DNA from: Gekko japonicus
Taxonomy: Eukaryota
DNA: 64,000 bases
Direction of reading: 5' to 3'
Assembly (NCBI RefSeq): GCF_001447785.1
Contig: NW_015162481.1
Span: 1,350,899-1,414,898, forward strand
The position numbers and the translations under genes are program-made. Under the pieces are notes generated by a model. It was not told the DNA's origin and made no database searches. It saw only the letters and a program-made list of their open reading frames with translations. Shown here in pieces: positions 36,924 through 49,576 of the stretch (position 1 is the stretch's first letter; each line of letters begins with the position of its first letter).

Positions 36924-39614
36924 GTAAGTATTCGCGTTCTGCTGTGTTTCCTCACTATATTATTTCCTTCCGTTATTTATTTATGTGTATTACTTATTAT
37001 GCATTTATTGACTCTGCTGATTACTCCCCCTCCCCACCCCTTTCTGTTAATGTTTGATGTCCTACTGAAAACCCAGCCAACTCCTGGTGGGCCCTTGCCA
37101 AACTCAGTACTGATTATTTCAGGCACAGATGCATTATGATGACTTCACTTCTTCTTTTGATTTATGGCTGGTATGCTTTACTTTGCTATTAACTATCCAT
37201 GCAGGTTTTCCTGAATGCATTTTTACATTGGCTGTAGATTCCAGGCCAACTGAACCTTAGCACTTTCCTGCAGGGCTTCCCCCCACCCCTTTCACATCAC
37301 TTTTAGACCCAGTGCCAGTCACTAATAAATCTAACACGCAGGTCCGCTTTCACCAATTTTCCACCCTCCCCCTGCACTGCTTGGCTTTGACTTGAAAAGT
37401 TGTACCGTGATTGCTTTCCTTGCCTTTTCCCCTGTTTGCTTTATCATCATAAGATACCTGACCATTGGTGGTGAAGTCTAAAACAAAAAAAAACACCACA
37501 TAATACCTTTTATTGGGACCAGCCAAAATGACACAAATAGGGTTTCCAACCTCCAGGTGCCACCTGGAGATCTCCCGCTGTTTCAATTGGTCTCCAGCTG
37601 ACCAAGATCAGTTTTCCTGGAGAAAATGGCTGCTTTGGTGGGTGGACTCTATGGCATTACCCCCTGCTGAGGTCCCTCCCCTTCCTAAATTCATTCCTCC
37701 TGAGGATCCGGTCCTAAAATCTGCAGGTATTTCCCAACCCAGAGCTGGCAACCCTAAACATAAAACAGCATGCCAGCTTGTGAGTTCTCCAAAATTCTTC
37801 ATCAGGCTTAATGTTAAGAACAAAGGGGTGATGGTGGAGAAAAAACACCTTTAAGGCAATGGGGTTGAATCCAACCTGCTTTTCTGCTGGTGCAAAAAAA
37901 AGACTCTACGGGGATCATGGGACCAGTTTGGACAAAACCCACACAGGTGGGGATGAGAATAAGAAGGGGAATTGGCTGAGACAGAGTGGAAAGGCTGGTT
38001 GGATCCAACTCATTGTTTTTGTGATTGAATTTTGCTTTGGACCCATGTGGTTACTTGCAGTCTCTTTCTCTATTGAGAATGATTGCTGTTGAAATGTTTT
38101 CCCTGTGGGGCAAGTAGCATCCTTGGAGGAAGTGATTGAAGTTCGAGAAATGGGCATGGGAGGAAGTCAACTCCTTCTTCTGCAGCAGTCTAAATCAGAG
38201 AAACCAAAGGCTTCTCTTTACTCTTAAGAAAGACCCATACACAGGTGTCCCAGAGTATCATCCCTTGCAGTGCTGAGATCCCATTTTGCAGGTGGGGAGG
38301 CTGTTGTTGAAGGGAACAGTGGCTTACCTAAGATACCTGCTGAGTATGGAGCTGAATTTTGCAGTGTGCGCTCTCAGCCACTAGGCTATCCCATCTCTCA
38401 AAGAATGCAGGTTACAGTCGTCAAACAGAACTCCAACCTTGTTTTAGTTAATGGCTGATTTGGGCAGCTTGGGGGGGAGGGCATCTTCATGCATGGGAGC
38501 GTTTGATTTCTTCAGACTATCATTGTAAGGAATGACCAAAAGTAATGAGGTGTTTCCAGTGACTTAAAAATCCTGACTATTCCATGAATATGCAGGATTT
38601 TTTTTATTTTATTTTTAAAGCTCCATGGAGACTGTTCAACAGTTGCTAAAATAACAATGCAGTCACTCCTAATGTCAAAAACAGATCGGAGGTTGGAGCA
38701 TTAATGAGGCCATTTTCAGTATGACTCTGTTGAAAGGATGCACACCATTTTCTGTAGTCTCAGTCAGGCCCCAATCCAGTTGTACTCCAAATATCACTGA
38801 CAAAATAGAAGGGCTGAGTAATACAGAAAACATTCCTAAGCAGGTCTACTCAGAAGCAAATCACATGTTTTTCAGTGGGGCTTTCTCCCTGGAAAGTGTC
38901 CTTTGGGATTGCAGCCACAATATTTTCAAAGATGGACTTTTGCAGTTGTGCAGACAAATATTGAGATAGCAGGTGAAAAAGTTTATTCCATTTAAACTTT
39001 TAACATTTTGATTTAATTATTAGGAAAAAGTAATTATAAAACACGCTCTGGGGAAATGCTGGTTCCCTTTTAGTTTATTTGTTTAAAAATTACTCTTTAA
39101 TCAACATGTAAAATTGCAAAACTCAGAAGTCTCAATGACAGGAAAAGTTTTGCTGCAGATTCTCAAAGGTAAAAGTCTAATAAAGTGCAGAAAATCACGA
39201 TTGCATTCACCTTCTATTTATTTATGTAGAACATTTTATTTAGCTCCATTATGGGCCTTTCTCCCCAATGGGGATCCAAAGTGGCTTACACAGTTCTCTT
39301 CTCCATTTTATACTCACAACAACCCTGTGAGGTAGGTTAGGCTGAGAGAGAGAATGGCTAGCTGAGGATCCCCCAGGAAGCTTCTATGGCAGGTTTGAAC
39401 TTGGGTCTCCCAGATCCTTGAACAACCCTCTACCCACTACGCCACACTGACTGTCTTATCAGGGACTCAGTGGATAATAAAATGTACAGTTGTGCATCGC
39501 TGGTGAAAGGTTCTGGTGGGGATGGATCTTTCTCACCTTCCCCTAGCAGCCCTCTGTCACCATCAAAAAGATGATATCAGGGTTTGGAGTAGTCATATGA
39601 AAAACAACAACAAA

Positions 39615-39902
39615 TAGGGTTGCCAAATGAAATTCGTCCGGGAGCGGGGGGCTCCCGGACGGCGTCCTCTTCGTGTGCGCGCCCCGCGTGCGTCACCCGG
39701 AAGTGATGTCACACGCTGGGGGCTGGGCGACGCCATTTGAGGGGAAAACAAAGAGTTTTCCCCTCAAATGGCGTCGCCCCGCCCCCAGCGTGTGACGTCA
39801 CTTCCGGGTGACACACGTGCGGGGGTGGGGTTTCTGCGGGAGTGGGAATCGGGGCTCGAAACCGGGGGGAATTCCGCCCCCCGGGGGGATTTGGGACCCC
39901 TA
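39615..39902. mobile_element. CpG-rich palindromic hAT MITE
   Basis: perfect TSD acaacaaa; TIR tagggttgccaaat/atttgggaccccta; 56-bp internal inverted repeat. Confidence 0.9.
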
Positions 39903-40606
39903 ACAACAAATGAGTAGTGGCCAGCTGCAGAGAGGATGGTTAAAACAGACAAAATCATCCCTCTTAACACCAGCAGATGTGCCATTGACCAAACAGCAGT
40001 TTCATTCCCCATCATCCATATCCTGTGGCTTTTTCCCACACAGAACTCCCAAGCCCTGGTATAGGCTTTTTGGTGGTCACAGGGAGCTGCTGAGGAAAGA
40101 GATGTTAAAACCCTAGGATGCAACTCTTAGAGTTTAGGTAGCACACAGAGATATACCTTACCCCAGTAATTCTTACAAGCCTGTAGGGTAGACAGACATA
40201 GTGCAGATGGAGCTCTCAGGATAAGAGATAGTGGTTTACTGAAAACTGCTTAATGAGATTGTGGTAGAGGCAAGATTTGATTCAGGGTTTCCCCCCCTAG
40301 CCACTAGACTAAACCAGGTCTCCATCCTTATGCGAAGTTGAAGAATTTGGATGATTTCCCTTGTTTTACTGAGCAGACAGCTAATTGCTGGAAATATCAA
40401 TGGATATTATTACTTGTTTACACTTGGCAATTTTGGACTGCATTCAGACATCCTGTTAAACCATGGTTTGATAAATCTTTGATTTATTGTGGTATTTAAA
40501 TGGACACTATACAACCAACTGTGGTTTGTCGGTGGGTGCTAAACTGAGATTCTGAGTAATAGTTTGCACCTGGCTTGTTGTGGTTTATACTAACTGTGGT
40601 TTACTG

Positions 40607-40895
40607 TGGAGAGCCAGTTTGGTGTAGTGGTTAAGTGCGCGAACACTAATCTGGGAGAACCAGGTTTGATTCCCGACTCCTCCACTTGCACCTGCTGGAT
40701 GACCTTGGGCAAGCCACAGTTCTCTCAGAGCTGTTCTCTCAAGAGCAGTTCTCTCAGAGCTCTCTCAGCCCCACCTATCTCACAGGATGTCTGTTGTGGG
40801 GAGGGGAAGGGAAAGGAGTTTGTAAGTCGCTCTGAGACTCTGAGTGAAGGGCGGGGTATAAACCCAATCTCCTCCTCCTCCTCCTCCTCCTCCTT
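40607..40895 (+). mobile_element. Squam3-like tRNA SINE, long form, (TCC)n tail
   Basis: gagagccagtttggtgtagtggttaag head with A box, ggtttgattcc B box; inverted relative at 48735-49008. Confidence 0.8.
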
Positions 40896-41249
40896 CCAGA
40901 AAACCTAGTTTGTTCAGTCGCACCACCCCTCTGAGCCTCCTGTATACAGAAGCAGCTACACGAAGCAACAGAAAACATCTAGCTGCTCCCCCTCTTTATT
41001 ACTGATCAGACATCCTTGGGACATAACATCCATCTTCCCTTTATGACCCCTTCCAGCTTGTGGATTCACCAAGCAGTTTTAGCCTCTTCTGAGGGGAAAT
41101 GTAAAAGGCAGTAGGACCAAAGGTCTCAACCACATGCTTTTATTTGGTTTGCCAATATGCACAATAAAAATCATTCCAGCAAAACCTTACAGTCGAAAGC
41201 AGATCAGAACCCACTTCTGCCATGCCTCCTTCCCCATGAAGACAGAAGA

Positions 41250-41280
41250 GAGTGAGTGAGTGAGTGAGTGAGTGAGTGAG
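41250..41280. repeat. (GAGT)n microsatellite
   Basis: direct reading. Confidence 0.95.
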
Positions 41281-42175
41281 GAAGCTGCCCTTAATTATAT
41301 GCTCCTTTCCTTAGCTAAGGAAAATGGTGAAAGGTCAAGAAAGCAGAGACAATGAAGGCTGTAAAAGATTCATTCTGCTTCAGAAAGGGGAAAAAAGTAT
41401 GGGGACAGGGAAGTTCTTTATTAAGAGCAACGAAGAGGATGTTAAGCTTGCCCTGGGCTTGCCTGTCCTTCCCCTGCCTATTTATTGCATCTGACCAAGA
41501 GCAGGTGGGTGGGATATAAAATGAGCCTTTACTAGCAGCCAGGCAATGCAAGAGAGATTGGGTGGGAAAGTGGCCTGATGACTGGTATTTTCTAAAAAAA
41601 ATTGTGGTCCATTCCCTCCACATGTCTGAATTCAGCATTTGTTTGTATCATTTCGTACCTTGTAGTTAGTTGTCTGCTTTGAGTAGGCTGTCTTCTTTTG
41701 GGTACCCAAGCTTCCCATCCTGGTGGCTAAATGGCTAGGGTCATCACTTGCCATGCCCAGTGCTCTTGGGAGCTTGGGGAATAAGAGTCATTTTCTAAAT
41801 TCCTGAATTTAACTTCAGGGGGAGGGGGGGTGCCCTGCTCTGTGAGCTGTCATTGCTAGCAGGCTTCCTCAGTCAACAAATACCCGACCAGCTGAGGTTT
41901 GTCTGATCCTCTCTCTCCTGATCTATGAAATATGAAAATCATTCTGTCCTAGAAGGCTTTTGAAGTGGGAAATGTTCTGTTTATACACTGATTTTTGTTG
42001 CTGTTATGATTGCTGTTGTTAATGCTATTTGTTTCATTCTGTGGCTTGATCTGTTTGTTTTATGAATTGTAAACTGCCTTGGGCGCTTTTGAGAAAGCAG
42101 AATGGTGGGATATAAATACACGATTATGATTTCTTCACTGTGCAAAGATAAAAGTGTTCCGCTTCCTTCTTATAG

Positions 42176-42264
42176 GTTCTTGACCCAAGCAGAGAAACTC
42201 TATGGAGCAACAGTAGTGGTTCCAATAAACTATGTATTCTTCACCATTAGCGCAATCGTGACAG
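42176..42264 (+). CDS. NIPAL2: NIPAL2 coding exon 8: (K)FLTQAEKLYGATVVVPINYVFFTISAIVT(G)
   Basis: ccttcttatag acceptor, CAG|gttagt donor, 89 nt; VVPxxxxFFT motif. Confidence 0.96.
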
Positions 42265-43975
42265 GTTAGTGTCTACTTCTCAACCACAATATAAGCATCA
42301 GAACTGAGCAATTTGCTTGTGTATTGAATCAGGGTCCTTTTTCTTCTTTGGAACTTTTATGTGTTCATTTGTCCCTCCTTAAAAACAGCTTCTGAGTTCT
42401 CTCGGTTCTGTCACACATGAGTGTGTTCAGTAAATGGAATCTTGGTGGAGCTTTGAAGACAGGAGCCAGTTCGGTTACCATTAACTTGGATGGGATAAAG
42501 TAAATGGGCAGAAATTGATAACAGGGAAGTGGGACAAGTCTGTGGCTTCACCAGAAACTGGGGACCATACGGGTGAGGGGCAGGCTTACATATCACCTAA
42601 CCAGTGTCTGTGTGTACACCCTTTTAGTTTTCTCCATGCATATGAATGGCTGTTGGCTACTCTTGTGATACAAATGGCTGCACTGAGGGACACGGTTGCA
42701 ACAGGAGCAAAGCCTCCCTTGCTCCTGATGTAAGGGTGCCTAGTCCCCAAAGGGGAACTCCAGTACTCCCTTGTGTGCAGGTATGCATTGCCCTTCATCC
42801 CCCTAGGAAACCCCAGCCTGTCACAACAATGAGCATTTTTCTAGCATCATGCAATGGGCATGATGCAGCCAAACTTGATCACTTTTTAAGTCCCATTGAT
42901 TGCAGTGGGAGAGAGTGTGCTTAACGTTCCTGTTGAAATCAACGGGACTTAAAAAGCGTTTAACTCTGGCTGGACAATGTTCAGTGTCCAGAGACCTCTT
43001 CTGAATGATCATAGATTCCAACGGGGACAAAACCCCAACACCATTGAAATCTCACTTTCTTGGGGTTGATATTCCCCATCTATCCTGTTTTAATACTTTA
43101 TTAGAGGTACCTGCAGTGACTTACAATGAATGCTTTCCCCATGTGTATCTTGGCTCCTCGGTCTCTTACCTGCTAAAGCAATTTCGGCAAGGAAGCAAGC
43201 CCCTAAGATAACAACCAGCTGTGCTTTGCAGCCGTCGGCGTGTGTATATATTCTCTTTCAGCAGGCTGGATGCGCTCAGCTCAAGCAAAGGAATTAGAAT
43301 GGATCCAAAGCCATTTTTAAGCTATTAACATTTTATCCTGGGTGAGAACTTTTGAACTGGATATGATTGAAAAGAGACTCCAATTCCCTAGAACTGTATG
43401 CCGTGGTAAGAACAAGCGAGCAGAGAGGGACCAATATGCTGCATTCACAGTCCGCCAAAAAGTTATTGTTACTATAACTTTTATGACCCCTTTAACACAC
43501 ACCGGGGCCTGCTCTGTTGTTGGTGTTTTTTTAGGAGATCTGCATACAGGAATTCCATTAGTTTATGTCCATTACTTATTCAGAGCTCACCAAAGCTTAA
43601 AAATATGAATTTGTTCAGCAGCTGGGTTTAAAATAGGCCTGTGCCGTATGATACCGAGGAAAGATTGACCCAGAACAGCTGTAATGATGTAACCAAATGG
43701 AGAATTTGATTCTCTGGGTGCTTCTGGGCCAACTCCTAAATATCCTTACTCATTCCGGATTTGATCTGAATAAGGCCCTATTAAAAACTTCAATGAAGGA
43801 GCTTGAGATTAGATCACATGTGCCCAGATTTGTTTATATGAAACAATTAACACAGCTATTAATTATTGGCAATGCAATAAAAGTGCTCCTGTGAAAATCC
43901 ATTAATCTTGATATGGGCTTGCCCAGCTACACGTGGCTTGGACTTTTAGTAGCATGGGTTAACAAAGCCATAGGT

Positions 43976-44211
43976 GGGGGAAATAGCCATAAACTCATAG
44001 GATGCATACAGTCATTATTTGGGACTGGGGAGGACTCTGCTGCTAAAGTCATGTTGAACAGGTACCTGTCTTGCGGCCCCCGGGTCTTGAACTGCTGAAC
44101 TACTGACCTTCCACAGCCTGCAGGGGGAAATAGCCATAAGCTCATAGGATGCATACAGTCATTATTTGGGACTGGGGAGGACTCTGCTGCTAAAGTCATG
44201 TTGAACAGGTA
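43976..44211 (+). repeat. 89-bp direct repeat pair flanking a 58-bp Sauria SINE fragment
   Basis: 43976-44064 equals 44123-44211 with 1 mismatch; spacer is the reverse complement of about 20641-20698. Confidence 0.93.
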
Positions 44212-44553
44212 ATCTGAAGTCTAGTATTTAGTTTCTGTAAGACAACAGGACCGACCATGTTTGAGTTAAACAAGGAAGCTTTAATAGGATTTATTTATAT
44301 TTAGGGATTTCTGTGCTGCTTTTCTCCCAAGGGATCCGAAGTGGCTTACAGAAATTTCCAGATGAAACTGAACAATTGAAATAATGAAAGCCAATGAGCA
44401 CCAGGCCTGGGCGGGTCCTCCTTCATTAGACTGGCAGGCCCCCAGGCTATGGGACCAAGAACACTTTGGCGCTTGCCCTTTGGTTCGTAACCGAGGGCTC
44501 GTGCCTTTGGCCATACCCAGCCATTATATGCCGGCAGGCAGGAATGAGACTGA

Positions 44554-45083
44554 GGCCGCGGTCACACGGACCTCTTACCGCGCTAGTTTTCCCGCAGTTC
44601 TTCTATCCGCGACATTTTATATCGCTTGGAGGTGGTCAGACGGTTCCTCTGTCTTCTGCTTCACTCACGTGAAGTACTGATCACACAGCGCGCCGTCCCT
44701 GCGGCGGCGCGGGGTTTGTTTTTTAAAAAAGAACAACAACAACAAACCTGCGCATGCGCTTTGGCGTCCATACAAACTAAAAAGACCAAAATAAAAGCTA
44801 GCGCCTGTTTGCACATGCGCATAACTTAAACCGGAAACACAAAAGGGGGGGTAGCGCGGTCACGGCGGATTGCTGTCCAGATACCAAAACCGCGGATACA
44901 AAGCACGAGATATCGGAAAACACCTGTTCCAACGGGTGTCAGAAAACGCAGATAAAAAGAGCGGAAACCGCGGGACTCAGCCCGCTTCGGTGCGGGAGGC
45001 GGGTTTGCCAATATGAACAGGAAACTTTAATGCACGAGGGATCAGCAGCGAAGCCCGCACTAAATGTCCGTGTGACCTGACCC
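44554..45083. mobile_element. PIF/Harbinger-like MITE, CpG-rich
   Basis: TIR core ggtcacacggac/gtccgtgtgacc; 3-bp TSD tga/tga. Confidence 0.8.
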
Positions 45084-46294
45084 TGAGACATGGTTGAAAT
45101 ATTTGAGGCTGGCAAGATGGGTTAATCAAGAATATACCAGAGATCAAAATTGCCTCCCCTTTCCATGTCAATCAGTGGGGCTGAGGCGAAGAGCATACTG
45201 CCTGCACCAGTCATATAGGCTCCTTCTTCTTTATTCCATGATTGATGGGCAGCTGGTAGCATCCATTCTCCTTTTTATGCAGAAGGAGGTCCCACTTTTG
45301 ATCCCCAGCATCTCCACTGAAAAGATCTGAGAACTAGGCCTGTCTGTGTGAACCTGAAGAGCTTCTACCAATCAGCACAGACAGTACTGGAGTAGATGAG
45401 CTAATGGTCAGGCTCAATGTGAGGCAACTACGCACTGGAAAGAGCTTTAGATTTTCTTCTGGCAAATAAAAACCAGGTAACTGAAATGGATAGTGGCTCA
45501 GCTGAAATCATTATCCATAGATACAATGCCGATGGGGTTTGAACTTGTCTATTGTCGAAATCTTTGCTTCAGATATGTTACTGGAATACAAATGCTTTTT
45601 GTTTAATATTTTCCTTTCTGTGAATATGGATAATAAGCTTTCCTTTTGACAATCAGGTGTAGTTTTTTGAATTTAAAATGTATTTTGCCTTGCAATTCAT
45701 GCCCTTCCTTTCGTATCATACAAAGGACACCAGTATGGAATATGCAGATTTATGTAAATACAATCAGTAACTTGATTAAAATTCTGACAGTTCATCAGCT
45801 TGAAAGTCTTTAGTTAGTCAGTAGCAATAATGAGTAACACTACTTTGGGGACTTTGAATTCTCTAGCACCTGTTGGGTTTGCATGAAAGCAAATATTCAT
45901 ATAGCAGAGTTTTAATTATCTCAGTAACTCCTGACACATATAGAACTTCTCACCTGAGTCAGCACAAATTAGAGCTGTGCTGTCAGTTTCCTTATCCTTA
46001 AGAGTATGCCTTACCCAGAATTATTCTTGTGATGCTCAATAACAATTATTCAATCAAGGCCTTATAACGTAACATGCATTTGCAATAATGATTTGCTCTA
46101 AACTAAAGATGGTAAGAGTTAGGTATATTCCCTCCCTGTTTGTAAGTGGTTTGGATGGGTACTTTGGATCCTGTCCTATTTATATGCAATTAAGAGCTAA
46201 TTAGGAGAGAAGAGAGGCCCTTTAATTCCTGTCAAGGTTTATCTGCTGTAGTTCCAGTTTAAGAGCTGGACTTCTTGTTTTTGTCTCAATGCAG

Positions 46295-46358
46295 GAGCCA
46301 TATTTTATCAGGAACTCCAAGGTGTGAGTTTGTTGAGTGGTTTCATGTTTCCGTGTGG
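46295..46358 (+). CDS. NIPAL2: NIPAL2 coding exon 9: (G)AIFYQELQGVSLLSGFMFPC(G)
   Basis: tgcag acceptor, TGG|gtaagt donor, 64 nt; IFYQE motif; keeps frame into exon 10. Confidence 0.93.
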
Positions 46359-47817
46359 GTAAGTAGTTTTTGTGGAAGTCTATAGCCAAGTTAGGGCTGA
46401 TGCATGAAACCAGGTTAAGAACATATCAGACCTACAGCAAGAATCCAAAGATCCATGCGGCCAAGTCAATGCAAGGCCACCCTGGGAATTTCTGGATGTG
46501 CGTTTCTGACTATAGGGTCTTAGGATGAATCAGGAAGGCATGCCAGAGGGTTGCTTACCTTTCTGGAGTGGCATCCTACACCAAGGCCTGTGGGAAAAGG
46601 AGGGGCTCAGGAACTTTAGAGCATGAACAGCTCCATCAGTGGCTTCCTGGATTCCTCTAACATGAACACAGAGGAAGCGCAGATGGGCTATTGGCTGTGA
46701 GGGCAAATTTGCACACACATGTTCTGAGGCAATGGGCTGGATCCAGACTAAAGGCTATTCCTCACTCTGATGCTCATCACTTTTGTGTCCCTATTGCTTC
46801 AGGGTTCCTTCCCCCCCCCTCAATGAGTTTTGCTTTCTCTAGTAGTAACAGAGGGAGCAAAACACATGTGGGAAAGGGAGGGGGACCCAAAGCAATAGGG
46901 ACAAATGAGTGAGAAAAATGAGAATGCAGAAGAGATCTCAACTGGCAATTTCCACTTATCCTTCCTTCCTGCTGCAGGCCTCACGGATGTCGTTCCTTGT
47001 GGTCTCCTATCCCTGAGGAAAAACAGCATTTTGTAGAGATCAGTGGTCTGCAGTGTGTGGGGGGGGGAGGCAGGAAAGTTTCATCCTGCTGATGGAAAAC
47101 ATAATCTGGATCCAACCCAATATGGATACCAGCAGCTGCGGGGAGGGGGGAGGCAACTCCAGGGCAAGAAATTCCTGGAGATTTTGGGGTGGAGCCTGAG
47201 GGGGGTGAGGTTTGCAGAGGAGAAGGGACTTCAGCAGCAGGATATAATGCTGTAGAGTCCGCCATCCAAAGCATCTATTTTTCTCCAGGGGAACTGATCT
47301 CTGTGCTTTGGAGACCAGTTGTAATTCTGGGAGAACTCCAAGTCCCACCTAGAGGTTGGCAGCCCTACAAAAATGCAAAAGCTTTGTGTGTTTGTGAGAT
47401 ACCACACTATAAATATATATAACTACATTTATGGTATACAATATCTCTCCACCCCCCAATAATATAAATCTCAAGTGGGTTTTGGAGAATATGGGATGCA
47501 GACCATTTTGATTAAAAAAGGCCGGTGGGTAGAATGTCAAGATCAGCTTCACACCCTCACTCTGCCATTAAGCTTGCTTGGTGACCTTGGGCCAGGTCTG
47601 TCAGCCTAACCTACCTCACAAGGTTGTTGTGAAGATGAAGGAGGGGAGACTGATGTACACTGCTTTGAACTCCTTGGAGAAATGGCTGGATGACTTTGTA
47701 CTAAAATAAATAAAAATCTGAAATGTAAGGCTGTGGTTTCTGGATTCATCACATTTTCTCATAATGTTAGCAAATGAGAACCCTCTTGAATCTGGAAGGG
47801 CAGTTAACAGTTTGTAC

Positions 47818-48699
47818 TAGGATTGCCAACTGGCCTGGAAAAAATGTCCTGTCCCTTTCCTACATCTTAGTGGTGGACTGTTAAAGCTTTTTTAAAAAAA
47901 ATTACACTTTATTCTCCGGGGTCGTTTTGTAGAAAAAGAGCTAGGGGAACTCATTAGCATAACTCATTAGCATATGCCACACCCCCTGACATCACCAGAA
48001 GTGTGTCATAAGGCCACACACCCTGCCCCCAACGGTACTGGCTGCCGCCGCCGGCCTTGCAGCTCCACTGCCGGGCCCCATGAGTGGCCCGGCTGTGGAC
48101 CTGCAAGGCTGGCGGGAGTGCAAGGAAGCCCCGCAAAGGCCCTCCCTGGCCCCAGGCAGGCAGGCAGGGGTGGGGAGAGGCAGGGAGGAAGCAACTTACC
48201 ATCCCTCTTCTCCTGCCTCCTCCTGGCTGAATGAGGGCTGGAAGCGGGGCGGCCGGAAGCAGGGGGCGGGGCTTCGTCATGTGCCCCGCCCCCCATACCT
48301 CACCAGGGGGAACTGCGATCCCCCGCGATCCCCCCGAAATGACCTCTGTTTATTCTTCACCTTTCTCCCCAGTGGGGACTCAAAGCTGTTTATGTCATTC
48401 TCCTTTCCTCCCATTTTATCCTCACAACAACCACCCTGTGAGGTAAGTTAGGCTGAGAGTATGTGACTGGCCCAAGGTCACCCAGCAAACTTCCCTGGCT
48501 GAGTGGGGATTCAAACCTGGCTGTCCCTGATCCTAGTCTGACACTTAGTCTGACACCTAGTCTGACACTGAGACCACTGCACCCCACTGGCTCTTTTTTT
48601 AATGGCACAGAGGTAATACCATCCCCTGGTATGTGACATTTTATTAAGCCTCTCTTAAAGGGACAGGAATTTTTTACCCAGGCCAATTGGCAACCCTAG
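47818..48699. mobile_element. hAT MITE containing a minus-strand SINE (about 47890-48595), which in turn contains a family-C MITE
   Basis: outer TIR taggattgccaactggcctgg/ccaggccaattggcaacccta. Confidence 0.75.
47916..48348 (+). mobile_element. family-C MITE
   Basis: perfect TSD tttattct; colinear with 18189-18530 plus extra internal sequence. Confidence 0.9.
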
Positions 48700-48734
48700 A
48701 TTGGACACATCTCCTCTCTCCTTGAGGCCAAATA

Positions 48735-49008
48735 GAAGAAGAGACTGGATTTATACCCCCCCCTTCACTCAGAGTCACAAAGCAGCTTACAAACTCCTTT
48801 CCCTTCCCCTCCCCACAACAGACACCCTGTGAGGTACGTGGGGCTGAGAGAGCTCTTGACAGAAACTGCTCTTTTTCAAGGACAGCTCTGACAGAACTAT
48901 GGCTTGCCCAAGATCGTCCAGCAGCTACAAGTGGAGGAGTGGGGAATCAAACCCGGTTCTCCCAGATTAGCATCCACACACTTAACCACTGTACCAAGGT
49001 GGCTCTCA
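48735..49008 (-). mobile_element. Squam3-like SINE, long form
   Basis: reverse complement of 40607-40870. Confidence 0.8.
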
Positions 49009-49486
49009 TAGAGGCTGGTATTTCTGGGGCACACATATAAATCTTCACAAAGCCACACCCTTCAATGTTCTGCACCTCACTCAAGTTATCCAAGTTCATC
49101 CAAATTGTCATGGTACTCTTTCAGCAGAACAGAAAGACCTACTAATTCTAGAGAACTTGCTTTTTACCTGTCAGGCTAGTAACGTCTGTTATTGTAACTA
49201 CTTTTCATTTTTGCTTGACTCCTCCTCCACTGCCATTTTCAATTTAGGACCATCTCCTTTGGTGTTTGATATTTTCACACTGCAGACTTTATTGGTTTTA
49301 TTCATTATGTGTTTTTAAATCTTTGATGTAATTGATGTTCTTTAAGTATTTTAATGAACTTTCTTTTTGTAGTTATATGCCCGCCTTGACTATTTTTATT
49401 CAAATCTATCTATTTAAAACTGTTCTATTCTGCTCTGTCTCCTCAGGCTCAGAGTGGCATTTTTGAAATAGAAATATGACATATAA

Positions 49487-49527
49487 ATAATAATAATAGT
49501 AATTATAATAATTATAATTATAATTAT

Positions 49528-49576
<49 letters not shown>
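49487..49576. repeat. compound (TAA)n/(TGA)n microsatellite
   Basis: direct reading. Confidence 0.95.

Noticed and set aside
40607-40690. tRNA gene
   Set aside because: A/B boxes are present but there is no proper cloverleaf, and the sequence continues into a SINE body. The same applies at 3608 and 20605.
46324-46329. Cryptic GTGAGT donor within exon 9
   Set aside because: Weak exonic context (GGT|gtgagt), and its use would shift the frame. The downstream TGG|gtaagt donor keeps the ORF.
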